Below are positions 11,978 through 25,251 of a stretch of 64,000 nucleotides of DNA, piece by piece. The stretch is from Octopus vulgaris. Its lineage: Eukaryota. The translations under genes were made by a program, and so were the position numbers. Numbering within the stretch: the stretch's first letter is position 1; every line of letters starts with the position of its first letter. The stretch covers positions 39,370,001-39,434,000 of the forward strand of contig OX597829.1 in the NCBI GenBank assembly GCA_951406725.2. Reading direction: 5' to 3'. The notes under the pieces were generated by a model. It worked only from the letters and a program-made list of their open reading frames with translations. It did not search any database and was not told the DNA's origin.

Positions 11978-13751
11978 TATAGTTGGAACCACAATAAAAA
12001 TGAACCCACAGCCATATGGTTCGGAAGTGAAGTTGCCATGCAGGGGGTGATTTATGTGTGTGTGTTTGTGTGTGTGTTGTACTGAATAAACTACTGCATT
12101 TTGGTTTTCCATGTTTTCCTTACAGAATTTTTGGAATAGTAAAGTTCCCAGATCCACCATCACTATTTCTATATCTTCATGGTCTTGTCTTTAAGATGGA
12201 GTGATATTGGTATGTGTTGATGTGTAGACATTATCACCAGAATTTGAATTTTAACTCTTTGATTTATACATCATCAGTTAGGCGTGGGTCAAGGTTGTGA
12301 GCTGGCAGAATTGTTAGCACACGGAGGAAAATGCTGAGTGGCATTTCATTCACCTTTGGCTTTCATCCTTTTAGGATCAATGCAGTTAACTTACCCTCTA
12401 CCCCAAAATTGCTGGCCTTGTGCCAAAATTTGAAACCAGTATTTGTATGTATCTAGTGTAAGTAATCTGTGTTTATTTTAGCATTGTGATCTGCTGTGAG
12501 TATTATTCTTGTTACTCATATTTTTGTACAGAAGTCTATACAGTATCAATGTGTTGTTTACTAATGTTTTCCTACCAAGTTTTCATTCATGTGGTTTAGA
12601 GCATTTGTAGTTGCATAGTGAGCCAGCAAGGAAGTGTTATGCATGTATGGCCATTTATAACAAAGGAGTTATGAAGTTTAGTAGTACAGAAACTAGAAAT
12701 GCTCAATGTTCAGCTGGGGGTTCATGAAAGAATTAACTGTTAGATCTGTAGGTTGTGAGTTCATATCTTGTCACCAGCAGTGAGCACTGCCACAGTTTGA
12801 GAATGATATGGCAATCACAATCAGCCTCAATATGTATGTAACCAATGAAAGAGAACAAGTTTTAGTCTGATGAGCAGCACATCAGGATAGATGGTGGAAA
12901 AGGAAAAAAAAAACATGTTTCCAATAAAGGAAATGTGACAGTAAAGACCCTGGGGATATTATTGGCCTTGATCTTCTCACAAACTCTGTAACAACCTAAT
13001 GGAGAATATCATTAGCTGCTGAATGAAACTGTCATTAGCTTTAATTTTGCTTTTAGCAGTGTATTGAGGCAAATATCTTGTCATCAAATCTGAAGGCAGG
13101 CGACATATTTCATTGTTGGATGTTTGGTTTTGGGAAGGGGAAGCGATTCAGAAAACAAGTGTTTTGTAGAAAAATCAGTCGCAGGGCCCGTTGCTGCTGG
13201 GAATGTAAACAGCAAAAATAAATGTTAAAAGTTATAAACACATACGTAACAAATGATAATTAAAATATTGATTATTATTTATTTGTAAGGAGGAAAGGTA
13301 GGAGGAGATGAGACTGAATACATTTCTGATATTAAATAAAAAGGAGAAAGCTATTCAGTTTTTGTTAATGATTCTTGTAGCATTTTTTGTTTTCTCTTAA
13401 TGGAAAAATTCAATGAGTCTTTCTATATTTAACGAAGAAAAATAATTTAAAATCCACTTAATGAAAAATTATCATTAAAGAAATTATGCTTTTAATTCTA
13501 ACCTAAATATCAAAGCGAGTGCAAGGCAGTTCAATTTTTAGTTTTACAATTAGAATTTTTGTTGTTTAGCAAGGTTTTCTAATTGTAAACATTACTTTGT
13601 ATATCTAGAACAAAATTGTTCAATATGTTTTATTTTTCCTTTTTTTTTCTCTATAAAGTCATGCAATTGCATAGTGCCTCCTTTGTTGGATGGGTAATTT
13701 GGTTAAAATGGGTTTTGTGTTTAAATCAGAATGTTTTTAAAAGTGCAAGTA

Positions 13752-14560
13752 TCAGGTCATCCCATAAGTAATATTTAAATTTTAAATAAGGAAACAAGTG
13801 ATCAAATGTTACATTTTAAGGAAAATTAATTTGCAATATAGTTTCCATCATTATCTATGACGACATCTTTCCATCTACATGTAAGCTTTTTAATCTCATT
13901 AGTGGAAAACTCTTTCAGGTTCAAGGAGAAGAACTCTGACAGGTCAGTTTCGACTTCTTTAGTTGTTTTGAAAGTTAATCCTGCCAAAAAGTTCTGTGAA
14001 CTATGGAACAAATGGAAATCTGAAGGAGCAAGGTCTGGAGAATAAGGTGAATGAGCAATTTTCTTCCAGGCAAATTTCTTTATCTTCTGTGACACGATCT
14101 GTGCAGTGTGAGATCTTGCAGTGTCCTGATGAAACACCACTCCTTTTGATTCACTAGAGTAGGCGTTTTTTTCTTCAAAACAGTATTCAAATGCTCTAAT
14201 TGCTGACAGTAAATTTGAGCATTGATTGTTGCATTAGTTTGTAGTGACTGAAAGTTGATGACTCCTTTGCAATCCCACCAAACAGAGAGAAGAACCTTCT
14301 TTACATGGAGTTCCCTTTCTGGTTGTCATTGGGCTGTTTTCCCTTCACCAAGCCAATGTCTACGATACTTTAACATTTTGATAAAGGACTCATTTTTCAT
14401 CACTGGTGTCCAAAAAGGGCAAGTTGAGTCCATGAGAATGAAGAGAAGAGCAGATGTCCACTTGGGATTTGCAGTTAGCTTCAGATAAATCACGAAGCAC
14501 CCATTTTCCGAATTTTGAGACCTTTCCAAATTGTTAAAGATGGTAGTGAACAGTTGTATG
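13752..14560 (-). pseudogene. Decayed mariner (DD34D) transposase with probable terminal repeat at 13752
   Basis: ORF 13826-14140 has FHQDTARSH and PYSPDLAPSDFHLF; upstream remnant TSDEK*VLY; TA-tcaggtcatcccataagt end. Confidence 0.9.
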
Positions 14561-15442
14561 GCTTGAATTTGTCTTTATGGTGTTATTGGAAACGAGAATG
14601 GTGTTATGGAAATGAGAAATTTCTCTTTCTGGATTACAGGCTGGACGATTCCATCACCTATTCCCAACAGTGACCGTATGGAAAGGTGTGTATGCATGTA
14701 TGATAGATACAAAAAGAAAGTGTTTTACCTTGTATACAAGCTCATGATACATTTGAAGGTAGACCCTTCCCACTCCCCATGCTTTTATCCACTTAACTAT
14801 TTTAGCTATGGTGATTAACTATTATTTCTATTTGTTGGACAACCAATATCAACTCTAATCAGACTTATAGGAAATCAATATTTCAGATAAAATCTTTTTC
14901 TTCTCTCTGTTTATCCTAGTTAGTGTATTATTGCCACTTGTTGGAAAAAATAAAATATCTTAGTGCCTCATCCCATCACATATCCATAACTGCAAATCCT
15001 ATTTCTCGAAGCAACCAAATACCTTTTTGGTTCCCAGCCATAATCTTAATTTACTTCCGGTTATGCTGTTTTTGTTTTTTGTCCATTTGCATTGCTCAAC
15101 CAGCGAACAGATTAGCAGAATTGCTAGAGCATTCGGTGAGATGTTTGTTTCTGTCAGTCTAAGTTCAAATCTCGTTGAGTCTGACTTTGCCTTCCAGTCC
15201 TTCCAGAGCTGATGAATACTGGCACTCTGTTGGTTCCGAGGACAAGTGTTCCAGTTGATCTGATCAGCGGAACAGCCTGCTCGTGAAATGAATGTGTAAG
15301 TGACGGAGCACTCCATGCCGACAAATAAAGTACCAGTCTAAGGCAGTGAATTATTATTAGAACTATTAAAGTATTGTGAATATATAACCAGTAAATCCTA
15401 GTTCAAAGAAACTAATTTCTAGTCATAGTCCTAAATAGAAAA

Positions 15443-15526
15443 GTACACGCACACACATATACTCAGAGTTGAAACGCTGTTTGATTTTTCTTTTCTGCAT
15501 TGCATGTTCACCATCCCACTCCCATT

Positions 15527-15557
<31 letters not shown>

Positions 15558-16351
15558 TTCACATACCTCCATTTTACATGCACACACATATACTCACACA
15601 GAGTTGAAATGCTTCCACTACCAGTTTGCCATCACCTCTTCCTTCCTTATTCATCTATTGCCCCTTCCTTTCTGATTCATATGCTGTGACGGAGAAAAAC
15701 ACAAGAGTGTTATCCATAATAGTCTTGACTCAACGTACATTATTCCAAATGGCCATTCTCTCTCTTCCTTTCTTGTCAAATGCGCACTCGAATCCTAGCA
15801 CAATTTGCATAACAGTTACAAATTGCTATTATAAATTGAACAGCGTATAATTTGCGGAACATGTATTGACATAATGTATTGTTGTATTTGTTCTGGCTCT
15901 TTGCATATTGTGGGTTCAAATCCTGCTATGGCCTACCTGGATGACAGACAATTTGATGTCTGGTCCATGGGTGACTTTCATAGCATTTGGATCAGATTTC
16001 TGGTTTGAGGATAATTTTCTTCTAATCAGCCTTGAAGATCCTGGAAAGAGTCATGTAGGCTGCTCTCTTATCCTAAATAAGTTAATCTACTATAATAATA
16101 CTCTTGTGTTTTTCACCGTCACAACATATGAATGAGAAAGGAAGGGGCAATAGATGAATAAGGAAGGAAGAGGTGATGGCAAACTGGTAGTGGGAGCGTT
16201 TCAACTCTGTGTGAGTATATGTGTGTGCATGTAAAAAGGAGGTATGTGAATGTTTGTGTGTGTGTGCAATGGGAGTGGAATGGTGAACATGCAATGCTGA
16301 AAAGAAAAATCAAACAGCATTTCAATTCTGAGTATATGTGTGTGCGTGTAC
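15443..16351. repeat. Long inverted repeat: arms 15443-15713 and 16095-16351, spacer about 380 bp
   Basis: Arms are reverse complements with scattered mismatches; ORFs 15469+ and 16082- translate almost identically. Confidence 0.9.
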
Positions 16352-16382
16352 AAGGGAATTATGTGAATGTATGTATGAACTA

Positions 16383-16581
16383 GCGGCGAGCTGGCAGAAT
16401 TGTTGTCTGTCGTTACGTTCTGAGTTCAAATTCCGCCGAGGTCGACTTTGCCTTTCATCCTTTCGGGGTCGATTAAATAAGAACCAGTTACGCACTGGGG
16501 AACGATATAATCGACTTAATTCGTTTGTCTGTCCTTGTTTGTCCTCTCTGTGTTTAGCCCCTTGTGGGTAGTAAAGAAATA
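16383..16581 (+). mobile_element. SINE family A with internal deletion
   Basis: Head, core and aagaaata tail match the family. Confidence 0.85.
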
Positions 16582-16791
16582 AGTATTGTTTTAACAGTTT
16601 CAGCTCAAAGCTGTGGCCATACTGGGGCACTGCCGTTGAGTGGTATGATTTGAGTGAGATTTGGTTGTTGTTCCTAACAGGTAGAGCAACTGCATGGACA
16701 CTTCCGCACTGGTTTGTTGGACACCCTAGTTGGCAGGACTCGCTCATTTGCTGTAGAGTCAAACAAGGGTTTGACTCTTAGTCAGTATTAA

Positions 16792-17012
16792 CCCTTTAGT
16801 GTTCGCATTATTCTACCAAAATTAATGCTTTTTCATCCAAATTGTTTTGAACTAATCATGCATTATCTTGTAGCTATGAGATTTCGATGAGGTAGCTGTT
16901 AATTTTTAAAATGATATTGTAGGGTTGGTGTGAGAGACCAGATCTGGACAGTTTGAACATAAAACAGGCAGAATACTTTTGGCCAGATATGGCCGGTTTA
17001 AATGCTAAAGGG
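16792..17012. mobile_element. piggyBac-type MITE P2
   Basis: TTAA flanks and TIRs; matches 2336-2557. Confidence 0.85.
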
Positions 17013-17663
17013 TTAAAGATCTAATTATGTAAACCTTCTCCATCACCTCAACCACTTTCTACTCTAAAGCTCTACACATTATAATACCAAAAATTTCCAC
17101 TTTCAGCACTAACCATTGTCGGTTAAGTAATAATAGTTATTCACTTACATTAACGAGCCTCCCATGTAGCTCACAGCCTTCATTCTGCTCATCCCTGTTG
17201 ATGACTGGTATGAGGTGTTGTAACTCTAATCCTAGCCCACCAGAAATCCTGTTGTTGTTTAGCCCCTTGGTAGGCCTTGACTAAGAAGACTTTTGAACAA
17301 AGCTTCTCCAGTTTGCTTTGCTTTCTAATATAGTATATCTGATATTCAACATATTCTTTCCCCTCTTTTTGTAAGATGGTTTGATTGTGATTTGGCTGTT
17401 ATTTCTAGCAGGTCGAATGAACACATAGAAGACTCTGTCATTGAGCTTTCGTACATTTACTACATATTCAACAATAGTGTTATTTCTGTGCATCTAATTT
17501 TCATTGCTCAATCTGCATTCCAGCAATGACATTCCCACATTTATTTTGGACAAAACCAAAACATCATTACCCAGTGTTATAAATAAAATGATGGAGTAAA
17601 ATTTGAGGGAGATTTGACTGCTCTTCCTAGTGAGCACTTGACTGATGATGTAGAGGCAATGTT

Positions 17664-18783
17664 CATCATCATCATCTTCATCGTATAACGTCCATTTTCC
17701 ATGCTAGCATGGGTTGGAAGGTTCGACCGGGATCTGGGAAGCCAGGAGGCTGCACCAGGCTCCAGTCTGATCTGGCAGTGTTTCTACAGCTGGATGCCCT
17801 TCCTAAACGCCAACCACTGTGGTGTTTAATGCCCCTGTGCATCTGCCATACATGAAAGCTATCTTCTTGGTTAATCTTCCTTTGATGTTGCTGCACCTCT
17901 TATGTGTCCATAGCTTACACTGGGTACATCATATGGAGTTTCTACCTACACCTTTTCTACAGATCGAGCAGGCCACCTACCAGAGGGGGTGTGTGATGAG
18001 TTCGCCTTCCTACTTACTAGAACTTTGGTCTTTGCTACATTGACTCTAAGGTCTTTTGATTCTAAACCTTGCTTCTACACCCAGAATTTCTTTTCTAGTT
18101 CCAGTAGTGATTCTTCTATGAGGGCCAGGTCATCAGCATAGAGGAGCTCCCAGGGGCAACTCGTATTGAATTTCTCTGCTATTGCCTGGAGGACTATGAT
18201 GAATAAAGGGGACTGAGGGCTGAACATTGGTGGACTCCTACTTCTACCCGGAATTCTTCACTATACTCATTGCCAATCCTAACCTTACTGACGGCCTCTC
18301 TGTATAGGGCCTGTACAGCCCTTATTAACCATTTGTCAATCTCCAGTTTCTGCATTGCCCACCAGATAAGGGATCGGGGGACCCTGTCAAAGGCTTTCTC
18401 CAAGTCCACAAAAGCTAAGTGCAGTTGTCGAACCAGGAATATGGTATCAGTGGTGCTTCTACCCAGGGCAAAACCAAACTGCATCTCATCTAAGCAGACT
18501 CTCTCCCTGATGAGATGGGCTGTGACCCTCTCCGTGACCTTCATTACCTGATCCAGCAGTTTGATACCCCTGTAGTTATTTCTATCTAGAGCATTACTTT
18601 TACCCTTGTAGCAGTTGACTATGGTGCTGCTAAGCCAGTCATTGGGTATGACTCCATCATGAACTACCTGGTTTACAATGTGGGTAACTAGGCCATAGCC
18701 CACACCACCTGATGTTTTAAGCATCTCAGCGGTGATTCCTGATGGGCTAGGGGCTTTTCCTGGCTTCATACCCTTAATTGCTT
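17664..18783 (-). mobile_element. RTE-clade LINE fragment: RT domain, PHD-like finger, internal deletion, 3' UTR end
   Basis: KAPSPSGITAEML, NYRGIKLL, QFGF..GRSTTD, AFVDLEKAFDRV, GVHQCSALSP, CPWELLYADDLAL (18121-18158), then CSIC..CTQC..HKRC; joined to the (GAT)n-tailed UTR at 17664-17820. Confidence 0.92.
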
Positions 18784-19039
18784 GTTCGATATTTGATTGT
18801 CACATCTCTCTCCTACTACTTAATTAGTATCATCATCAACCTCCAGACCTTTCGATGAAAGGCCACTTTTCCAATTAGCTATCAAATAACCTTTGACTGA
18901 ATTTGCAATAAGAAATAAGTAGTAATTAATGTCTTTATTTCTTGCTTTGACATGGAGAAGAGGAAAGAAGCTGCAACCTAGAAATGGTATTTAAAAAAAA
19001 AAATTTTTTATTGTTTTTGTAACTTGCTGGGTCTGGAGG

Positions 19040-19440
19040 CAGGGGTAGAGCTTCTAACCTTTGTAGGCCTTCTGAAACCGGTGAGATTGATGCCATTAGT
19101 ATTCCTATTGAACCTTTTGGGGTCAATACTGTGGTAAAGACATAAGCAGGGGAGAAATTCCAGTGGGGTGGGGACCAATGTTCTGGGAAGGATGGACTTT
19201 GTATGTAGAAATTTGTGTGGGGCCCGGGGGAATTTGGATTTGGACATAACAAGGACAGTGAAAGGTGGAAAGATGAGTTGGACATGAATGCCTCAGTGGA
19301 AGTGTGGTATGAGCCTAGCCAGTGGTGCTGCCTTATGGTAGAGGTGCACTTGGCAGTTGCCCAGAGACCTTGCAGAACTAGAGGCTCAATTCTGATCTTT
19401 GGATGCTGTGGATTGCTGTCGATAAATAAATACTATTAGA
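19040..19440 (-). pseudogene. Decayed CR1/Jockey-group LINE ORF2 C-terminus
   Basis: Across frames IEPL..., LARLIP, HTNFY.QS.LPRT...WN..PAYVF match the SFFPRT..WN.LP C-terminal motif. Confidence 0.5.
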
Positions 19441-19468
19441 CCCAGTGCTCTGATTTACTCAAGGGCCT

Positions 19469-19650
19469 ATGAGGGGGTGCTGAAAAGTTCCTGGCTTTAA
19501 GGGGGTAGCAAAAGGTCACACCTTCCAAGTTCTTTTACAGAGCTTAGAAAAACTGAAGTACTCCTGCAACAAGTGTGTGAATCTGAGAGGGCAATATGTT
19601 GAATAAAATCATAATTAACTGATCCTCCTGTAATTTCTTTCACCCAAAGC
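19469..19650 (+). mobile_element. Tc1/mariner MITE, partial
   Basis: TA-tgagggggtgctgaaaagttcctggctt terminus; remnant KCVNLRGQYVE*; complementary end seen at 51458-51631. Confidence 0.7.
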
Positions 19651-20574
19651 TACGATGTTGCAAAGGCAGTCCTGCCAGCCAGCCTCATTGTGTAGGAGCC
19701 ATTATTGTAGTGGTAGAATGGGCAAAAAGAAACAGGATGTCTATGTGTACAACAGTTGAAATAGCAGCAGTACTGTCCCAGATATGAAAGCAGTATTCTA
19801 CCGTGAGACTTACCTGAGCTTGCAAATAACAACTACCACTACAACACTATTATTACTGATGCTGCTGCTGATGCTACTACTGCCTCTGCTGTTAAGACTC
19901 CTACAAAATAATAATGGTTTCTAATTAAGGCAGAAAACTAGCAATTTTTGAGAGGAGGAGTTTAGTTGGTTACATTAACTTTGGTATTTAATTGGTACTT
20001 TACCTTTCACTCCTCCAGGCTTGTTAAAATAAAGTTGACCCCAGTGGGATTTGAACTCAGAATGTAAAGAGCTGCAACAAATACTGTAGGACATTTTTTT
20101 CCCTGATACTGTCATGTCAATTTTCCACATATACAAATATCAAACTGACCAATGACAATGATAATAATGATAATCCTTTCTACTATAGGTACAAAGCCTG
20201 AAATTTTTGGAGATGGGGGCTAGTTGATTATACTGACCCTTGCTCAACTGACACTTTATTGACCCTGAAAGGATGAAAGGCAAAGCCAAATTTGAACTCA
20301 GAATGTAAAGCTGGAAGAAACACCTATGAACATTTTGTCCAGTGAGCTAATGATTCTGCCAGCTTGCCCTTCTATCTGAGATACAAGGCCAGAAATTTGT
20401 GGGTTGATGGATAACTGATGAAATGAACCCTAGTTCTTGACTGGAACTTCTATTATTGACCACTTGAAAGATGAAAGAGAAGGGTGATCTTGACTGCATA
20501 TAAACATGGAGTATAAAAGATGGGATTAAATATTGCAAAGCAGGCACTCTACTCATTTCAGCAGCACCCAAACA

Positions 20575-20873
20575 AACTTACTTACTTGTACTTGTGGCGA
20601 CATTCACCCTGGGCGAGTTGAGTCGGCTTCTTCTAGTTTCGTGGGAATATGTGGATTTTACAAGCGGTCCCCAACAATCCCACATGTAGAGACATCCTGT
20701 TTGCCGCAGATTGTCCGCAGACACAGGGACAGAATGACCGAGGAGCCACTGGTTGCCGAAACAGACACTCTGAGGATTTTCTGCTGGGTTGTGGCCCTAA
20801 TACCACTTGGTGTCAGACCAATCCGCCTTGAGTGGCTCTACCAGGAACCGAAGTTCCTGACGGCATAGCTCTG
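20575..20873 (-). mobile_element. Non-autonomous RTE-related retroelement with (AAGT)n tail
   Basis: GC-rich island; minus-strand agagctatgccgtcagg...cctggtagag resembles RTE 5' UTR motifs; tail caagtacaagtaagtaagt. Confidence 0.55.
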
Positions 20874-21888
20874 ACAAACACAACAATAATAATTGTTTTA
20901 ATTATAATAATAAATACAAGCTAAAAACAATGATTTCTAAGTTGGGAGACCAGTAATTAAGTTGGGTGCAAGACCAGTAATTATGAAGTGAGGTTTTGGG
21001 ACTAGTTGTAAACTATCAAATCAACCCCAGTACTTGAATGTTACTTTATTTTTATTACCCTCCACTGCAGAGGAAAGGCAAACTGGCCCTAGTTGTTGAA
21101 CTTGGAACATAAGGAGTTAGAAGAAATACTTCTTTAGGCATTTTGTTCAACGTGTTAATACTAATTCTACTAGACTAATGAGAGCAGCAGTAATTATACA
21201 GCACATAAAATAATGAGATAAACAAAAATAACAGAAAAAAAAAAGAAAAAGAAAAGAAAGATCCTACATAACAAAGAAAATGTAGATAAGCATAAGTATT
21301 GTTGTTTGGATGGTATAAATAGCAAAATATTGCTGATAAACATTTGGTAACATTAACGAGTGTCTGGCTAATTATAACATTCCAGTCAATTAGTTGCAGT
21401 TGTTTCTATTGTATCATCCTGTCGGAAACAATGTTTTGAACAAAGCAAAGTTCCACAGTCATATGTAGACCTACTCGAAGAAAAAAAAAAAAAAGAGAGA
21501 AAAAGAAAAGAAGCGAAAAATATATATAACTGCTGAAAACTGGTTCTTCGGATAACATTTTAGTTATTCTACATTCCTTACAATAACATCTAGGGAATTA
21601 ATCTGGTAGAATTGTTACAGAGTTGAAACAAAAACCGTACCAGTATTTTTTTCTGTTTTTTTTATGTTGTCAGTTCAAATCCAGCTGTGGTCAGTTTTGC
21701 CTTTCATCGTTCTGGAAATGGTAAAATAAAACACAGATACCAGGGTCAATGATATTGACCAACCCACTCCCCTCAACATCTACCCATCTTCTCCACCCAC
21801 AATTTCTGGGAGTGTTGTTGGGATAGAGTCCACAGGTACATCTTCCATTGGAAGCAACTGTCATTAGATTTTCTGGTTGAATTCCAAA

Positions 21889-21945
<57 letters not shown>

Positions 21946-22002
21946 CATTAAAGATCATAGCTCAATGTCCCCCTTCCATGCAGGCATATATATATATATA
22001 TA

Positions 22003-22170
22003 GGGAGAATTTACAAAAACAACAACAAAAGACAAAGACAGGTGGTGTACAAAACAAACAGATATATTAGTATAATGCTTAGGAATAGAAAAAGTCTTTT
22101 ACATTTCGAGCCTACGCTCTTTTACAGAGAGGGACACAGAAAAAAGGAGAGAAAAAAATGTGTGTAGTGG

Positions 22171-22172
<2 letters not shown>
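22003..22172 (-). mobile_element. Penelope-like fragment in (TA)n with degenerate hammerhead motif (22094-22135)
   Basis: Minus strand ctgtaaaa-gagc-gtag-gctc-gaaa-tg-ta; flanked by (TA)n. Confidence 0.55.
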
Positions 22173-22225
<53 letters not shown>

Positions 22226-22229
<4 letters not shown>

Positions 22230-22445
22230 GTGTGTCTCTTTGCGTTTGTTTCCCCACCATTGTTTGACAACCAATGTTGGTGTGTTTACGTCCCTGTAAC
22301 ATAGCTGTTTGGCAAAAGAGATATGGAATAAGTACTAGGCTTACGAAGAATAAATCCTGGGGTCAGTTTGTTCGACTGAAACCATTTAAGGCTTTTGTGC
22401 TCCAGCATGGCCACAGTCAAATGACCGAAACAAGTAAAAGAATAA
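22226..22445 (+). mobile_element. SINE family B, 3' half
   Basis: gtgtttacgtccctgtaac...gtgctccagcatggccacagtc...gaaacaagtaaaag. Confidence 0.8.
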
Positions 22446-22463
22446 CATGCACATCGTATTACC

Positions 22464-22633
22464 ATTTCACAACTTTTTTGTCATGTTTGCAAGGATCTTC
22501 TATAGCTCGACATTCTTGGCACATTTCACAGCCCCTTGTCATCTTGTAATTTCACAACTTTTTTGTCATGTTTGCAAGGATCTTCTATAGCTCGACATTC
22601 TTGGCACATTTCACAGCCCCTTGTCATCTTGTA
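22464..22633. repeat. 85-bp perfect tandem duplication
   Basis: atttcacaactttt...catcttgtaa occurs twice. Confidence 0.9.
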
Positions 22634-22735
22634 AAGTACATCTTTTTTGAGAACGTCCTTCACCTCTTATTCCTATGCCTTGTACTTCTTCACTCAACAT
22701 TTTATCTGTCATATACATCATATACAATTCTTTAA

Positions 22736-22958
22736 TTCTTTATTGCCCACAAGGGGCTAAACATAGAGGGGACAAACAAGGACAGACAAAAGAACTAAAT
22801 CGATTACATCGACCCCAGTACATAACTGGTACTTATTTAATTGATCCCGAAAGGATGAAAGGCAAAGTTGACCTCGGCGGAATTTGAACTCAAAACGTAG
22901 TGGCAGACGAACTATTGCTAAGCATTTCGCCCGGCGCGCTAACGTTTCTGCCAGCTCG
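22736..22958 (-). mobile_element. SINE family A
   Basis: Reverse complement of family consensus. Confidence 0.9.
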
Positions 22959-23152
22959 AGCTCTCTTGTAGCCAATCCTCTTCCAATTTATACTTAGCCT
23001 AATCTGTGCTTTTTTTGTGCATGCACCTTAATGTTGCATGTCCAGTAGAGCAAAGTTCATGAGTCTGTCTGGCTGTCTGTCTGTCATTTCATTTTAAACA
23101 TGTCAAAGTTGGACTTACGAGGAAAAATTAATATTAAGCCATTTTTAAGGTC

Positions 23153-23465
23153 GTGGAGGCACAGTGGCCCAGTGGTTAGGGCAGCAGACTCGCGGTTGGA
23201 AGATCGCGGTTTCGATTCCCAGACCGGGCGTTGTGTATGTTTATTGAGCGAAAACACCTAAAAGCCGCACGAGGCTCCAGCAGGGAGTGGTGGCGACCCC
23301 TCTTGTACTCTTTCGCCCCAACTTTCTCTCACTCTCTCTTCCTGTTTCTTGAGTAATGCTGCGATGGACTGGCGTCCCGTCCAGCTGGGGGGGGGGGGAG
23401 AGCACATACGCCACAGAAACCAGGAAACCGGACCCATGAGCCTGTCTAGGCTTGAAAAGGGCGTA
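23153..23465 (+). mobile_element. tRNA-derived SINE family E
   Basis: A-box tggcccagtgg, B-box gtttcgattcc; 5' half shared with 43000-43171 (minus); TSD-like aagc(c)atttttaagg. Confidence 0.8.
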
Positions 23466-23476
23466 AGCATTTTTAA

Positions 23477-23650
23477 GGTGGTGAGCTGGTAGAAATGTTA
23501 GCATGCCAGGCGAAATGCTAAGCGGTATTTCGTCCATCTTTACATTCTGAGTTTGAATTCTGCCCAGGTCGACTTGCGTACTGGGGTTGATATAATCGAC
23601 TAGCCCCCTCTCCAATAATTTCAGGCCTTGTGCCTAGAGTAGAAAAGAAT
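23477..23650 (+). mobile_element. SINE family A variant, internally deleted
   Basis: gagctggtagaaatgttagc head; TSD-like aatattaagccatttt (23131 and 23648) encloses this copy and the preceding SINE. Confidence 0.7.
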
Positions 23651-23761
23651 ATTAAGCCATTTTGAAATAATAAAAAGAATGAAACAATGAAAGGAACTCG
23701 CTTATTATTTTGAAGTACAATTTATAATCCATTCTGTTGAAGTCCGTTTACTATAGTGACA

Positions 23762-24271
23762 TCTATATATATAAAACTGTAGTTGTGTGAGTGTCTGTCT
23801 CCTACGATTTAGATTCCTAACTCCTCCCACATTTTGCGGTGCAGTTTAACCAAATTCGGGTATCTTATAGTCGTGATTAATATCGAGCCCGTCTGGCTAT
23901 TAGCGCGCGTCTACGATGAGTCTACGATTTTAAAAATAATTTAACATCATTTTTTATTCCATTTTAATGCATGATTTTTCGTGTGTCGATGGCAGCGGAG
24001 TTGGCGTCCATGGTCACACCTGCACCTGTTTGCTTCTCCCCCTTCTTCCCTCCCTCGTGAAGCTGTGGGGAAGGGAGTGTAAGGAAATCAACGTCGTAAA
24101 GCGTTGTCAAGGAGACCAGCGGTCTTTTGGAACAACGACTTCATGGCTTGACACCAAAACAGAAATGGATAAGAAAGCCCGAATTGGCATCTATAAGGGA
24201 AGTAACTCTCTAAAAATGCTTATATAGTTATTTCCCTTACAAACCCGAGCAACGCCGGGCGATACTGCTAG
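23762..24271 (+). mobile_element. Non-autonomous Helitron
   Basis: A|TC start, CTAG|T end, hairpin cccgagcaacgccggg; 3' end shared with 3571-3957. Confidence 0.85.
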
Positions 24272-24740
24272 TTGTATATAAATAAATATATCTATATCAG
24301 GGATATTATCTGTTGATGTTACTTTTAATTTTTCCCTTTTGTTCTCAGCACTTTTTTTTTGCATATCAAAAAGGTTAAATTCTGAGAAAAGAATCGAGAA
24401 ACACGTAACCAACTCAGTAACTTCTGTCGCCTTATGTTCATCCACGACATGTATATTATGACAGCGTATTATTTAGTACCTTAAAATAATAGGCAAGTTA
24501 TTTTTCAAAAAATAAAAATATGAGGTGTTGCAAATATAATAAGTATAATGATGGAACGGCTAGAAACTTAAGAAACCTCATCATAGTCACGGTTCCGTGC
24601 TAAGTTTCAAGAAGAATATTTTTCCCACGATACCGAAATTTAAGCAGAAATAGATATGTCAAAACAAAAGGATGAATTTTCTGCAAAAGTTGACAGTTGC
24701 TGCCAAAATAAAATACATGTATTTACGTGTGTGTGTCTGC

Positions 24741-24781
<41 letters not shown>

Positions 24782-25187
24782 TGTGTGTGTGTGTGTATGT
24801 ATACACACGCACGCACACACATTTACATCTTGATATATATATATGATGTTTGTATGTTTGCATGAAGAAAAGTGTGACATTATTTTTGTTATGCTTAATA
24901 TTGTTGTAGAATTGCATGTTGTTTTACTTGTTATTTAAAAGTTAGTTCAATGTTGAGAGTTTGGCTTGACCAGTTGACTTTAAGGCTACTGAATGTAATA
25001 AGCTTAATACAAAAAGGCTACTGAATGGATAAACTTAATACAAAAACGTCAAAGAGAAATGGAATAAAGCCATTCAATGCTGAATGCAAAGTGAGTTAAT
25101 AATACTGGAAGCTGAAATTTCATAAATCATCACTCCCAACTTTCTACGATTCATCATTAGATGATCTTGAAGAGTAGAACATGGAAC

Positions 25188-25251
<64 letters not shown>

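Noticed and set aside
12608-12625. ttgcatagt, resembling the miR-153 5' end
   Set aside because: The match stops after 9 nt and no precursor hairpin is visible.
13057-13221. Open frame after a ttttag acceptor-like site (QCIEANILSS...)
   Set aside because: No recognisable domain or convincing donor site; kept only as part of a candidate non-coding island.
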